A stretch of DNA of 63,843 nucleotides, filler included, from Craspedostauros australis (GCA_030167865.1; 21 parts of 21 records of this genome joined end to end with filler, not necessarily neighbours in it), one strand, 5' to 3'. Shown: positions 35,491 to 49,047, counted from the first letter of the whole stretch. Numbers and translations are program-made. Notes: generated by a model not told the origin, from the sequence alone.

Positions 35491-36791
35491 ATTCTGTTTA
35501 GGCGTCGTAATCAGAATGATATTAGAAGATTCTCGCATTCGGATTATTTTACCCCATCTACGTGTCACATTGACATTTTGGGACAATTTGGGCCAGAACT
35601 GCACAGGACTCATCCGTGACAAGTTCCTGCTTAGATTGGTTCGACTCATGTAGAGTTCGCGATGGAATTGAGGAATGCGAACAAGCAAATTTGGTGGAGG
35701 GGTTCGATTCGCTTTTCCATCGTGACGGCTGGCGACCTCAGCCAATCAAAGGGATTTAAACATATCGCCTTCACGAGCAAGCCATCCCATTGAAGGGCAA
35801 CTTGAGGGGAGTTTTGGTGATTCATCCCGAGCTTTGTTGCCCTGGGGTTCTCATTTGGAACCGTGTGACGCAATCGATCTGTTCCCTTCATGGAACGATT
35901 CTCGTTGCTGGCGCTGAGACAGGCAACAATTCAGTGGTGGGACTGCATGGCTGGTTTCGCACGAGGATTTGGGTAACTTCCACAATTTCTCAGAAACCAC
36001 GGTATGGACAAATAAACTGTACTTATTTCCTTGCGGTATCTGCGTATGAGTACCTCGACGAGAGAAACATCATTGTCGTATCTCCTCCGCGTTTCCGGCC
36101 AATACGTTTATGGTATTATTGCGATGGGACTATTAAATGTTTCGCGTTGTTGTGGCTCATCACAAGTACCTCCAAGAGAATTCCAATTCATGTGGAAAAT
36201 TGACAAAAATACTTTTTGCAAAATTCCAACAACGAAACGAGGATGGAAGTGTTCCTTTGATGTGAACAGTGACACAGCGCCATTGCCATCAACAATGCAA
36301 ACATCAACACCAGGATCGGCATCGACAACGACAATGATATCAACACTGCTATTGAGTCCAACTGTGCACAGGCTTGCACCAATGAACAGAATCAACCCAT
36401 GCTCTGTATAGTGCTTGGAACGACGACGTCCTGGACACATTAACCACCCTTCCAATGATACACATGCAAGGACGCACATCCAACAATACAGACTCCACCT
36501 GCTTCATTGGAGGTGATGGCAACAGCAAGATCGCCAGTTGTATGCATCACACTGTGTGTATCACATCCAGTTGACAACAGCTGACTTGCAATGATGATGA
36601 TGTTTGTTGTGAACACAAGAATCCATGTGTTCAACAGGTGCTCACAATCAAGATGACATGGTGGTTGCCAATGTGAACTCAATTGAAGTATGTCTCTGAC
36701 TATGAAGTGAGTCTCTCACAGAGCAACACCAAGAAGAAAAGCAAAGTAGCAGACAAGGGCATCGGATGGGCAAAGCAACATCAACACTGTG

Positions 36792-37596
36792 TGTTGGCAA
36801 GTTCCGCTCACGGTAACCTACGATCGTGGAAGATGGTGTTGGTTGATAGTCGTCTGTTTGCTATTTCATTACTTGGCTACTCCGATCCTCTCGGTATACA
36901 CCCGTTCTCTTGCCCGATGCTCTCGGTGCTTCAATCTGTTTCGTAGATTCAGTCTCCGACTATGAGTTGGTGCGCGAGATGCTCTCTCGCTCCTCTCTGT
37001 ATTCTCTCTCTCTCTCTCTCTCTCTCTTAACATCGTGTGCTCGTGCTACACGATACTCCGTGTTCGATGCGTACTCCGTATTCAACACTCCGTTCATTCA
37101 GTACTGGCTCCTACTCCATGAGTACTTACCATTTGAAGTTCACCTTCTGTATCCATGATGCTGATGCCCTTCGGTCATCGGATCTTTGCCTCCTGTTCTG
37201 ACTTGGAGACAGATGTCGACGTGGTGACATGATGACATCCTGTCAACGTCAGTAGGCGTCCTTCTGCTCTCCAGATGTCACATTCCATTGGTGATGCAGG
37301 AGTCTGTCAGATGATATCGTCATCTGAGGTTTAGTTGGGAAGTACCTCGAGATTCTCTTGGTACCATTGATGGATGGACGGACGATATTCTAATTCTCTC
37401 AGAAATCGTCGATTGCAAATTTCCTCCAGAAATCTTGCTCCTTTTCGTGTGTTCCGTTTCCGCTGTAATTCTGACGAATCACAGCATACTATCGACACGA
37501 GTATAGTTATACTGTCCAAGTGCGTATGAGAGAATCATGGGTGAACGATGCACATATACACGTACATCTCGACATATACTCACATAAACATCTCGA
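36792..37596 (-). mobile_element. LTR family A, 5'-truncated
   Basis: Reverse complement of ~56296-57214; ends ...GGAACTTGCCAACA at 36792. Confidence 0.9.
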
Positions 37597-38310
37597 AAGC
37601 TACGCCAACCACACCTCATCCGACATCTCATTGAAGAGTTTGGAACAAAGGTTGAGAAGATGCAACGCTATGCAACACCAGGAACCCCGGGTCAAATCAT
37701 TGTGCGACCATCCGAAGAGAACGGACTACAGAAGGTCGGACCGGAAGAACATGCCGAATACCGCCGAGGCGTCGGTATGCTGTTCTTCCTCATCAAGCAC
37801 TCGCGACCAGACATCGCGAACCCTGTGAGGGAACTCTCCAAGATATTGATCGGGCCCACCAAGGCCGCAATGAAGGAGATGTATCGGATCATCAAGTATG
37901 TGATCGATACGAAGGACTATGGATTGAAGATCCATCCAGCACGTTCAGACAACGACGCCTGGGACATGGAGCTCTTCTGTGATAGCGAATACGCACAAGA
38001 CAAGAACACGAGAATCAGCGTAGGAGGGTTCATCCTATACCTGTGCAAGGTGCCAATCCTTTGGCAATCCAAGGCACAGAAGGCCGTCACACTCAGCTCA
38101 TCTGAAGCAGAATACGTTGCCCTTTCCGAAGCGGCAAAGGAAATGTTCTTCGTCATGCAGCTACTCGAGAGTGTGGGTGTTCCAGGGAAGACACCGATCA
38201 AGGTCCGCGTGGACAACATCGGAGCGATCTTCATCGCCAAGAACCCATCAACATCTCAACGATCGCGGCACATCGACGTGCGCCATCACTACATGCGGAA
38301 CATGGTAACC
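37597..38310 (+). mobile_element. Ty1/copia RT C-terminus and RNase H fragment
   Basis: KLRQPHLI..RYATPGTPG, YRRGVGMLFFLIKHSRPDIAN, FCDSEYAQD, VTLSSSEAEYVALSE, VDNIGAI, HIDVRHHY. Confidence 0.95.
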
Positions 38311-38410
38311 NNNNNNNNNNNNNNNNNNNNNNNNNNNNNNNNNNNNNNNNNNNNTTAATTAATTAANNNNNNNNNNNNNNNNNNNNNNNNNNNNNNNNNN
38401 NNNNNNNNNN

Positions 38411-41400
38411 ATTCGATACACTCCCTTCGCGTGTGACTGGCCGTATCCAACGAACATAGCCGGTCTGGATCTGTCATCCAGCTTCGCCTTTATCATGCGG
38501 CCTCCGATGTACACCATGCCTATTTCCCCGAAAACGCGCAACCCATCCACGTAAGTTGGGATCCGGTTGTTGAACAGCACGCATGCTGGTTCTCTCGTTT
38601 TCGTCCCGATGATATTCTCCAGTNNNNNNNNNNNNNNNNNNNNNNNNNNNNNNNNNNNNNNNNNNNNNNNNNNGGGTTCTTTGTTGTACCCTGCGAGAGC
38701 ACTCACCATCCTCGGTACGCGTTGCACAGGTTCTGCGATAGGGGTCTGCTCCGGCTCACGTTTGGCTTCTTCATTAGCTCTCCCCTCATCGTCCCTTCCG
38801 AATTCGTCGCCGTCATTATCGTTCGACTCATTTTCCCCTTGGGTGGGGAGCAAGTCATCTTGCCCTCGNNNNNNNNNNNNNNNNNNNNNNNNNNNNNNNN
38901 NNNNNNNNNNNNNNNNNNNNNNNNNNNNNNNNNNNNNNNNNNNNNNNNNNNNNNNNNNNNNNNNNNNNNNNNNNNNNNNNNNNNNNNNNNNNNNNNNNNN
39001 NNNNNNNNNNNNNNNNNNNNNNNNNNNNNNNNNNNNNNNNNNNNNNNNNNNNNNNNNNNNNNNNNNNNNNNNNNNNNNNNNNNNNNNCACGTCTCTCGTG
39101 ATTAGGATCTTAGTTGTTGCGAGGTTCAGCATTCGATACACTCCCTTCGCGTGTGACTGGCCGTATCCAACGAACATAGCCGGTCTGGATCTGTCATCCA
39201 GCTTTGCCTTTATCGTGCGGCCTCCGATGTACACCATGCCTATTTCCCCGAAAACGCGCAACCCATCCACGTACGTTGGGATCCGGTTGTTGAACAGCAC
39301 GCATGCTGGTTCTCTCGTTTTCGTCCCGATGATATTCTCCAGTTGGGTAGCNNNNNNNNNNNNNNNNNNNNNNNNNNNNNNNNNNNNNNNNNNNNNNNNN
39401 NNNNNNNNNNNNNNNNNNNNNNNNNNNNNNNNNNNNNNNNNNNNNNNNNNNNNNNNNNNNNNNNNNNNNNNNNNNNNNNNNNNNNNNNNNNNNNNNNNNN
39501 NNGTTGGACCGAACCCTGCGACGAGCAGTTGCTTCTCCGCGGAATAATTTTCTCCTGCGTTGTCACATCTGATAATTTTCACTCGTGTTTGCTGATTGGC
39601 TTGGAGCCACTTAAGCAACAGAATCATTTTTGTTCCAACCTCACTCTTCTCCTTCAAGAAATAGCTCCAACAGTAGTCACTGTAATCATCGAGGACTAGG
39701 AGCCAATACTTTCCTTGTCCGTAGCTGTGTGTCTGGACACTNNNNNNNNNNNNNNNNNNNNNNNNNNNNNNNNNNNNNNNNNNNNNNNNNNAACTTTCCC
39801 GTACAACGTGGCGAATTTTCTTTCCACGCGACCGTTCTGCTGCGGTGTAGATGCTGCAGTGTACTCGAACGTTGGACCGAACCCTGCGACGAGCAGTTGC
39901 TTCTCCGCGGAATAATTTTCTCCTGCGTTGTCACATCTGANNNNNNNNNNNNNNNNNNNNNNNNNNNNNNNNNNNNNNNNNNNNNNNNNNNNNNNNNNNN
40001 NNNNNNNNNNNNNNNNNNNNNNNNNNNNNNNNNNNNNNCAGTAGTCACTGTAATCATCGAGGACTAGGAGCCAATACTTTCCTTGTCCGTAGCTGTGTGT
40101 CTGGACACTCGATGTGTCAATGAACAGTCGATCACCAACCTCCTTCGCCCGTGATTGGAGTTTCTTCCTCATGGCCTTCTGCCTTTGTTTGCCAATTGCA
40201 CAGTCCACACATGCATGCAATTTGCATGTGACATTCCACCCGTATCGTCCCGCTGTGCGAGAGATCGTGTAAGTGTCAACATGGCCTAACATTTTATGGA
40301 TTTGGTTGATGTCCACCGNGGTCTGGGTGGACACGCCAACATTGGCTTGATCGTGGGGGTGAGGGGCGGTGACCATGTTAACACCGCTCACGAACCCACT
40401 GTGGGTAGCCATAAGCCGGTCAAATGTAATGCGTTGTCCGCGCTTTTCCAGGCTCATCACAACGCCGTGGTTGCTGATGTTGAAGCCGCTCTCGAGCGCT
40501 TTGTTGATGCTGAGGAGGTTCACCCACAATTTGGGCACGAATTTCACGTGCTTGAGGAGGATGGTTGCGGTGGTACCGTTCTTCTGCATTACCACCATCC
40601 GCTTGTCGCCCACCTTTGTTGCCTTGATGTAGCGACCGCTGCCGATTTTGATGGAGTGGTCGGCCACGCGCACGTTTGTCATCCCCTCGTCGTTGTTGGT
40701 CAGGTGGCACGAGGCACCTGAGTCGCCCAACCAAGTGTTTGCCTCATGGCGGTCTGGGGCGAGCGTGANGCGGCGTTCTTCGACGCCGTCGATGTCACCG
40801 ATCACCATCGCCATGTCTGGTTGCGGGTTTCTCTCGCTGTAGATGGGGAGTTCAGGGAACGCAGTTGGGCTGCGGACTCCGTAGTGGCCTGGGTGGTGCT
40901 TCCACATGACTTGGAGTGCTCCACACGAGGCCAGGCTCCCGATGAGTCCATGGTGGATGGCTGGCAACTGCTCCTTCTCCAGCCTTTCGTTGATAAACGG
41001 CATGTTCTTCATGACGTTGAATGGAGTCATCATCCCGATTTCGCGTAGGAGGAAGTAGAGGGTGCGAGCATCTGCGCAAGTGCGTCTGTCTCTCGAGTTG
41101 TACTCCTCCACTGTGTCGAGGCACAGCAGGGCAAGCTCGGAGCGCACACTGTCAGCCGGCATGGCGTTGCTCAACGAGTATCGCACTGCGAGTGCGAGGG
41201 ACTCCTCCTTTGCGAGCATTGCTCGGCGTTGATCGCGCTCTTCGTGGGTTGTTGGCTTCACCACGTCCATTCCGTCCGGTAGATCGATGAGGAATGGCAG
41301 GGCTGGACAATCGACGCAGTACGAGTAGATGTACCCTTGTTTGAAGCACAGTGGGCACGATGCCCATCCTTGGTACATAGCGCGCCCAGCTGTTTCGATC

Positions 41401-41643
41401 GTCTTCTCGATGGGAGACTTGTTGGTGGAGAGCGAGAAGACAGGCTCTTTGCAGATGTCTTCCGCTCCGATCACCATCGCCACTTCGTTGGTAGTCTCTT
41501 CTTCGGTGCTGACGAGGTCTTCGTCGTAGATGACCTCGTCGAAGAACCCGTCGTCTTCAGTGGACTCGTCGTCGGACGGGAAGAGTTCGCGGTTGATGCG
41601 CTCGGCGGCGACCGCTGGTGGTCCGTAGTGACCATACACCCCT
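38411..41643 (-). mobile_element. Ty1/copia polyprotein fragment: extra domain, aspartic protease, HHCC, integrase
   Basis: WLGDSGASCHLT, VKFVPKLWVNLLS, IHKMLGH..CVDC, LFIDTS, RCDNAGEN, TPQQNGRVERKF, AKLDDRSRPAMFVGY; several gap-flanking duplications. Confidence 0.95.
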
Positions 41644-41743
41644 NNNNNNNNNNNNNNNNNNNNNNNNNNNNNNNNNNNNNNNNNNNNTTAATTAATTAAN
41701 NNNNNNNNNNNNNNNNNNNNNNNNNNNNNNNNNNNNNNNNNNN

Positions 41744-42930
41744 TGCACCAGAATTGGTGCCAGAGTGCTTGGCGTTGTGGACCTTTCGATTGGTACGTCC
41801 ACGTGGCTTGACATGATCCAAGCGCTGCGCATGACTGCGCACCAGCGAGAAGATCTTGTCAAAATCGAGGGTGAAGTCTCTGGAGACTCCGGCAATGCTC
41901 ATGGCATCGAGGGACGCCTCAAGGTACTGAGACTCGAAGAGTGCTCGGNNNNNNNNNNNNNNNNNNNNNNNNNNNNNNNNNNNNNNNNNNNNNNNNNNNN
42001 NNNNNNNNNNNNNNNNNNNNNNNNNNNNNNNNNNNNNNNNNNNNNNNNNNNNNNNNNNNNNNNNNNNNNNNNNNNNNNNNNNNNNNNNNNNNNNNNNNNN
42101 NNNNNNNNNNNNNNNNNNNNNNNNNNNNNNNNNNNCTCGAGGGATGTGCGAAGTGCCTTTGCAGAGTTGGCAGCTGTCACACCAGAGGTGTACTCTGTGA
42201 GAAGAGTGGCGTAGGCAGCTTGGCCATCCATGGAATCCTCGAAGCGACGGACACAACCTTGACCCTTCTGAGTCTTGAGGCTGAGGACGAGAGCACCATA
42301 GACGAAGATGTTCTGCTCATCNNNNNNNNNNNNNNNNNNNNNNNNNNNNNNNNNNNNNGGGTCCAGGACGTTGGATACGCCTTGGGATGCGGCGACAGTC
42401 GCGAATGTGCGTCTGAAGGACAGGAAGTACTTGTCCTCCTTGAGCTTCGGGAATCGTCCGCTGTCGCGCTTCATCCCCTTTCGGAAGTCCTGGAGACGAG
42501 AGAATGCTGCGCCAGCTGTTGCAGACGAAGGCGCCTCATCAGGGATTGGTGGAGTTGCTGCTGCTGCTGCTGCAGTCGCTGCTGCAACCGATGGATCAAC
42601 TAGAGGGGTGGCGATCGACTCAGCGAGAGAATGTCCGGTGATGCGGTACCAGGTGGCGAACGTAGGGTTGTCCTGAAGTTGGTACCACCGATGGAGGGCG
42701 AGGATCTTGCGGATGGTTGGCCCATTGAGTTGGTACGCAAAAGGCTCTGCATCCTCGTCAGCACTCACGAATCGCATTGCGATAAGGTCGTCGCGCTCAA
42801 GGAGCAGGAGATCCGACATGTTGTTGATACCTTCATGTTCCAGAAGGTCGCGTTGATCGGTACCTGCAGTGATGCCGATGACACTCAGCACATGGGCGAC
42901 AATCTCAGCTTCGGAAACGGTAGCAGTCAT
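41744..42930 (-). mobile_element. Gag of a diatom-type copia element (partial)
   Basis: MTATVSEAE...FRKGMKRDSGRFPKLKEDKYF...QGVSNVLD...DGQAAYATLLTEY...FDKIFSLVRSHAQRLD; homologous to the Gag at 62595-63843, which is linked to a protease motif. Confidence 0.8.
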
Positions 42931-42941
42931 CTTGGAATGTA

Positions 42942-43205
42942 GTTTGTTTGTTTGTGTTTGATTGTTTGTGTTTGATTGTTTGTGTTTGATTGTTTGTGTT
43001 TGATTGTTTGTGTGTGATTGATTGTGTGTGATTGATTGTTTGTGTGTGATTGATTGTTTGATTGTTTGTTTGATTGATTGATTGATTGATTGTTTGTTTG
43101 ATTGTTTGATTGTTGATGTGTTGGTAGATTGGATGTGATCAATACCAAATGGATGATGTGTTGGTAGATCGGATGTGATCAATACCAAATGGATGATGTG
43201 TTGAT
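42942..43205. repeat. Compound TTTG/ATTG microsatellite plus 40-bp direct repeat in the gag leader
   Basis: TTTGTGTTTGATTG and GATT runs at 42942-43115, then GATGTGTTGGTAGATYGGATGTGATCAATACCAAATGGAT twice. Confidence 0.85.
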
Positions 43206-43671
43206 GAAGTACTTGGGTAACAAGGCAATGGATATCACTGACGAATGCGTCTAAAAGTGATGGAAGTGAGTGTGCACAAGCCGATTGGCTCTGATGTTCT
43301 GCGCAGCAAAGCTGAAGTCACAGAGATGGAATCAACTTCACGTCGTCACGCGATGTTGCAAGATGATGNNTTTTGATGAATGCTCAATGACAATGGGAAA
43401 TGACGATGGTTCACGCGTTCAGCACAGGATGTAGGCGATTGCGACTGTTAATCTGATAGAACACAGACAACAATGGGTACTTACTTCGAGATTGGGAGTG
43501 ATCAGGTCCGTCAAATGAAGTAGAGTGAAGATGTTGGTAATTGTCAGTGTGCTCTGAGTGGTTAATTGATGNNNNNNNNNNNNNNNNNNNNNNNNNNNNN
43601 NNNNNNNNNNNNNNNTTAATTAATTAANNNNNNNNNNNNNNNNNNNNNNNNNNNNNNNNNNNNNNNNNNNN

Positions 43672-46334
43672 TACTTCTTGTGAGATGAAGGTGGGATCCT
43701 CCTGTAGTTTCTTCGAGATGGCATTGATGACCATCTCGGTGTTGGATTCACCTTGGTCTTGGTTGGCTTCGGCGGTTGCCTTGAAGATCCTGCGTTTGCC
43801 GGATCTTGATCCCCGTTGGTTGTTGGCTACCGCATTGTCCCTGGCGGACTCGGAGATGAGGTACATGCAGGTGGCTCCCATCGACTGCNNNNNNNNNNNN
43901 NNNNNNNNNNNNNNNNNNNNNNNNNNNNNNNNNNNNNNCCCCGTTGGTTGTTGGCTACCGCATTGTCCCTGGCGGACTCGGAGATGAGGTACATGCAGGT
44001 GGCTCCCATCGACTGCATGTCCAGGCTTCGCTCGATGCTCCGGACCATGGTGCGAACGTTGATGTCGTCGCAACCGATGAGGTGGTTAAGGAGCGTACGG
44101 CGTTGTTGCGCGTCGGAGACTTGTTGATCCGGGTTGGTCGCCAGGAAATTCACGTTCGCGAATATATCCTGGATTTCCTTTACGTAGGATCCCAGGTCCT
44201 GTCTGCTGGGGTTGAAGTNNNNNNNNNNNNNNNNNNNNNNNNNNNNNNNNNNNNNNNNNNNNNNNNNNNNNNNNNNNNNNNNNNNNNNNNNNNNNNNNNN
44301 NNNNNNNNNNNNNNNNNNNNNNNNNNNNNNNNNNNNGAGTCCATGTGCTGGGCCGCCGGCGAAGACGGAGTATAGTCCCGCGAATAGGGTCCTGACGTCG
44401 CTCGCGACCTGTTCTGGCGAGGTGGTAGTTGGCACTCCTGTCACCGGGTCGATGTGGTCCTTGATCGCGTGGATTCCTTGGGAATGGTATCGGTGCCGGA
44501 ACTGNNNNNNNNNNNNNNNNNNNNNNNNNNNNNNNNNNNNNNNNNNNNNNNNNNGGATCCCAGGTCCTGTCTGCTGGGGTTGAAGTCGTGTACCCTCTTC
44601 ATCAGAGAGTCGACCTCCATACCTCGGATCCAGTCGTTGTCGTAGGTATTGAGGAGTTCATTCCAGAAAAGGATACCGTCCTCGGTGAGGAGTCCTCTGG
44701 TGGCGAGTCCATGTGCTGGGCCGCCGGCGAAGACGGAGTATAGTCCCGCGAATAGGGTCCTGACGTCGCTNNNNNNNNNNNNNNNNNNNNNNNNNNNNNN
44801 NNNNNNNNNNNNNNNNNNNNNNNNNNNNNNNNNNNNNNNNNNNNNNNNNNNNNNNNNNNNNNNNNNNNNNNNNNNNNNNNNNNNNNNNNNNNNNNNNNNN
44901 NNNNNNNNNNNNGCATGGATTTGGTGTTTCACCACTTGGAAGGATGCCGCATCACTCGTGAACTTGACGGAGTCAGGGATGGGGCGTCGCTTCGTTAGCT
45001 TGACCTGGGCGACCGGTGGTTCGCTGCGGGTGGATCCTCGATGGGGTGCATACCCGGGTTCGTGTCGCCCGTGTGGGGTATTCGGACCCATGTTGCGAGG
45101 GTCATGTCTTCCGAAACCTCCATTGGGATCGGTTGGGCGGTACCCATACGTGGGTGGTCGTGGTGGATACCCGGGGTGAGGGTGTCCAACAGGGGTGAAG
45201 GCTCCTTGCGGCATTGGAAAACCTCCGGCTCCATGGGGAAAATGGCCCATGGGGATAGGGATTCCAATGGGCGGGAATCCTCCTGGGTGGGTNCCGTGGT
45301 ACATCGGAATCGGTGGGCCATGAGGGAGTTGGTTTCCCAGGTTAGGGGGATACCCATACGGATTACCGTTGTTGTGTCCATGGTTAATTGGCGGTCCATG
45401 GTCGTCACGGTGCGGGCGGTCTGTCCCGTGGTTCGCGGGTGGGTTGCCGGCAGGGTTTCGGTTCACGGGTTCGTGCCCGTTGTCGTTTCGGTAATTACCC
45501 ATGCCGTGTGAGGCTGGTGTATCCGCGGTACCGTGGTAGGGATGCGGGTTCCGATCGTGGGGTGGGCGGTTCCCGTCGTTCTCTGGGTGGTTCATCCGGG
45601 GGGCGTTGGTACCTCCTGGGCCTCCGGCGGTCGTTTCGGGGGCGAAGGTTACTACCTTGGCGCCGGTTGGGTTGCGGTTGTAATCGCCGATCGTCGCAGG
45701 GTCTACGTTGGGGAAGAGTCGGTTCCGTCCTGTGGGGCCGCGGTTGTCGGGTACGTTCACGGTTTCGTCGTTACCAGGGCGTTGGTCGTAGTCAGTGCCT
45801 GGTTCGGTGTCTTCGTTGGGCGGAGTGGTACCGCGGGTGTCGATGATCACTGGTGACGTGTTTTGTGATCCTTGCTTGGCGATGCTGGAGAGTTGGGTTT
45901 CGTTCTGGAAGTTGGGTGGGGTACGGTGCGGGGTATTCCCACCGAGCATGAGGGAGAGCCCAGATGGGGTTCCTCCTTGGTGGCTGTCGTTGTCGCGTCC
46001 GGTTCTATGGGTAGATGCTTCTGACCCAGAAGAGATGCTGGTCGCGGATGCGTTGGAGAGTGCCTTCTTGTGTTCTCCAATGGCATCCAACCACGCTTTG
46101 TGGTGGTGGCGTTTGCCGCACCTTTCGGAACGGCAGAAGTCTGCCATGGCTTTGGCGGTGGTGGCCGTGTCGGCGAACATCGCGTCAAGGGTGGATTCGA
46201 GGGTGGATTCCTCCTCCACTTCGATGGATCTGACCCATTCTCCGATGTGATAGATGAGGAGTCCTGTCTCGTAGTTCCTTGCTACGTCGTCCGGGTGCTT
46301 GAGGTTGAACATGACTAATGCCGGGTCCATGTCG
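43672..46334 (-). mobile_element. Gag-like ORF with long Pro/Gly/His/Asn-rich region (partial)
   Basis: Long ORF spanning the whole scaffold. The helical core LFAGLYSVF..EDGILFWNELLNTYD..YVKEIQDIFA..QQRRTLLNHL resembles copia capsid-like regions. No pol motif seen. Confidence 0.55.
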
Positions 46335-46434
46335 NNNNNNNNNNNNNNNNNNNNNNNNNNNNNNNNNNNNNNNNNNNNTTAATTAATTAANNNNNNNNNN
46401 NNNNNNNNNNNNNNNNNNNNNNNNNNNNNNNNNN

Positions 46435-46802
46435 GCCGTTGAGGTGCTCGTCGAAGGTGTAGTCGTACATCTCCATGGCGAGCGACGGTCCGTTGGTCCA
46501 GAGATTGTCGTACATGGCGACCTTCGTGTCAGCAGGCGCAGTGTCGGCATTGTCCGCAGTCGTCTTGTTGTTGCTGGCCTTCCGCCACACGCCGCCGTGG
46601 CTGGACGCTGCCTCGAAGCATTGCACGTCGTACTCGCAGTNNNNNNNNNNNNNNNNNNNNNNNNNNNNNNNNNNNNNNNNNNNNNNNNNNGGATGATCTT
46701 GTTGATGTTGTGGCAGAAGAACATGCCTCCAGGCCCACAGCCGATCACGCAGACGCTGCGCTTGGGCAAGGTGGCGCTGTCCTTTCCTGTCATCGATGCC
46801 AT
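46435..46802 (-). CDS. Flavin-containing monooxygenase, 5' part (gene A)
   Basis: SVCVIGCGPGG (FAD GxGxxG), CFEAASSHGGVW and MYDNLWTNGP..MEMYDYTF are typical FMO N-terminal motifs. Confidence 0.9.
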
Positions 46803-47874
46803 CTTGGTTGCTTTGCTTTGCTTTGTTTTGCTTACTTGCTTTGCGCTCTTGGATGTGATTGTAATTGTGACCTTGGTTGTGACTTTGGTTGTGGCGGAGG
46901 CCTGTCCCATTCTCGTCCGTCGTTGCTGGCGGAGAGAGGTGGATACGGATACAGCCTCGACGTTGAGTATTCTACGATCTAACAGTAATACTCACGCGTC
47001 TGGAGTGCCTGTATCAGCGGAGTGGCCTGGCCTTCGATGTTTCGTGGATGGGTTGTGATTTCGCGCGCCAATGCTGTTGTGCGAGCAATGCGGTTTTCGT
47101 GCTTCGCATTATCGTCTTCTTTGCTTTTCCCCGTTCGCGCTCTGCACGATTCCTCGCCCAAGATTGGGTGGTTGGCGTTGAATTGCATGTGTTCCCCCCT
47201 GTTAAATGCGAAATGTCCACAAACGTCTAACGTATCTGCCGTTTCTGCAGAGAACGCTTTGCTCGCTCGGCACCAAGTTTCAACATCGGATGCACTAACC
47301 GAGTTTCTCAATACAAGTAACTCGGACACCCTTGAAGAGACACTATCGCGAAACGAACAACCAATGAGATCGTGGGTGTGACGAAAACGGACAGATATCC
47401 GAGGGAGCCACAGATGTTCTTCATTTTCCAGTGTTTTTTGTGACACGAGTTGGCAAACCGGAACATATGCAAAACCGTTGAATTGGCGTTATGATGTGAA
47501 CACGCGCACCAATCATGAACGACACAACAGCGAAGCAGCCGCACAGACTCGTACGACAACAATAAGACTCATAATCTACATCTTTACCCCTTTTCATCTT
47601 AATTGGGTTTCACGTGTGTAATAGCTTGTTGGCACAGAGGACTCCAACATCACCGTTGTTGTGGTTGTTGAGTGGATTGTTGTTGGTCGATTTTGTCAGG
47701 AATCGGGTGTTCTGAAACACCGCATTGTCGCATCTCTCATATGTGTGGAATCGATCATCTTGAAACGCTATATTACCGCACCCCTCTCTTTGGATCTTTG
47801 TGACACCAAAATTGTGAGCTTCATGATTGAGGCGAAGAACACTGCGTGACAAGTGCAAACTGGATTGTGAGGTT

Positions 47875-49047
47875 TGTGACCTCAATGCAGGAATGGGAGT
47901 CACACGTGTATGTTGCAGGAGGTGGTGATGTTGGATTCATGATCAACATCACGATAAACGCCCCTATGTCACAATGAACAAGAAAAGAGGATTCAAGATA
48001 TACAGCATGACTAAGTACAAGATGGCCTGTGAACGAATCCCTGACAATGAACCAGTGAATAGGCGGAGAGGATCGGAGACTGTCCCAAGATGAGAAGCTG
48101 CAGGAGCAATTGCCCAAGCTGTTTTTGTGAAACATGGAGATGGCAATCCGATCGAATGAAACAATTCGGTAACGGCTTGTTCGGAATCAAGGGTGTACGA
48201 CTTTGTCGAGATATGCATGATTACCGCACTCCCAAATATTATTCGTCACACGTTTGAATATTATTCGTCCCACCTTTGGAGACTATTCGTCACACATTTG
48301 AATACCACTCATTACGACCATGATTGAAGACGAACGTGAATGATCTCAGTCCTACCATGAAGAAAGGGTAGCCTGTCCTCTGGCCATATAAGAACCACAC
48401 CAAATGCAGATCAGGAGGTCCCGATACCAAGCCAACCATGCAGACAGCAACGTCAGTCAGAACACCAGCAGGGCAATGGGCAAGTGATGCACCCCCTCAG
48501 GGAAGCAGCACGCGCCCCTCCTACGGACAAGAAACGCCACAGGTTTGGAACATCAGACAGGATCAGAACAACCACAGGTTTGGAACATCACCTAGGATGA
48601 CACCAATTGTAAGATAAGGTGTCATGGAATCAAGGATCAAAATATGTGACAGACAAGCATACAGGACTGCAGATTCCTACCATGCGAACCTAGACGGCTA
48701 CGAATGTGCAGATACAAATGATAACACACCGAGACGAGGACGCAAAGGAAAGCATATGGAGATGCACAAGCAAGACATGACAAATGCAGAGGGAAGCACC
48801 CGAGGAACACAACAATACCCCGCGATGCTACCGCAGCAAATGCCTACAATGAAAAATGAAATTGGAAGAGAAAGTGAGATTGAGCTCACAGTTCTAAAAC
48901 GGTACAGTTCTAACAGCAGATTAGATCACAGTACTAACTATAACCCAGGATTTCTAACAGATGGTAGCAAGCAGAATCGTAACCACCAACAACACCAACA
49001 CCGTCGTACACGATCGCAAGAGTATCCGCAAGCGGAGCTTGCCAACA
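47875..49047 (+). mobile_element. Solo LTR, diverged family A relative, 1173 bp
   Basis: TG..CA termini (TGTGAC...GCTTGCCAACA) flanked by the 5-bp duplication AGGTT (47870-47874 and 49048-49052); internal and 3' blocks match 55922-57214. Confidence 0.85.
48236..48305. repeat. 22-bp tandem repeat x3 inside the solo LTR
   Basis: AATATTATTCGTCACACGTTTG / AATATTATTCGTCCCACCTTTG / GAGACTATTCGTCACACATTTG. Confidence 0.85.

Noticed and set aside
42931..43188. N-terminal extension of the 429-aa ORF (QSNKQSINQ...)
   Set aside because: Translation of a microsatellite leader; the ATG at 42930 is the more plausible start.
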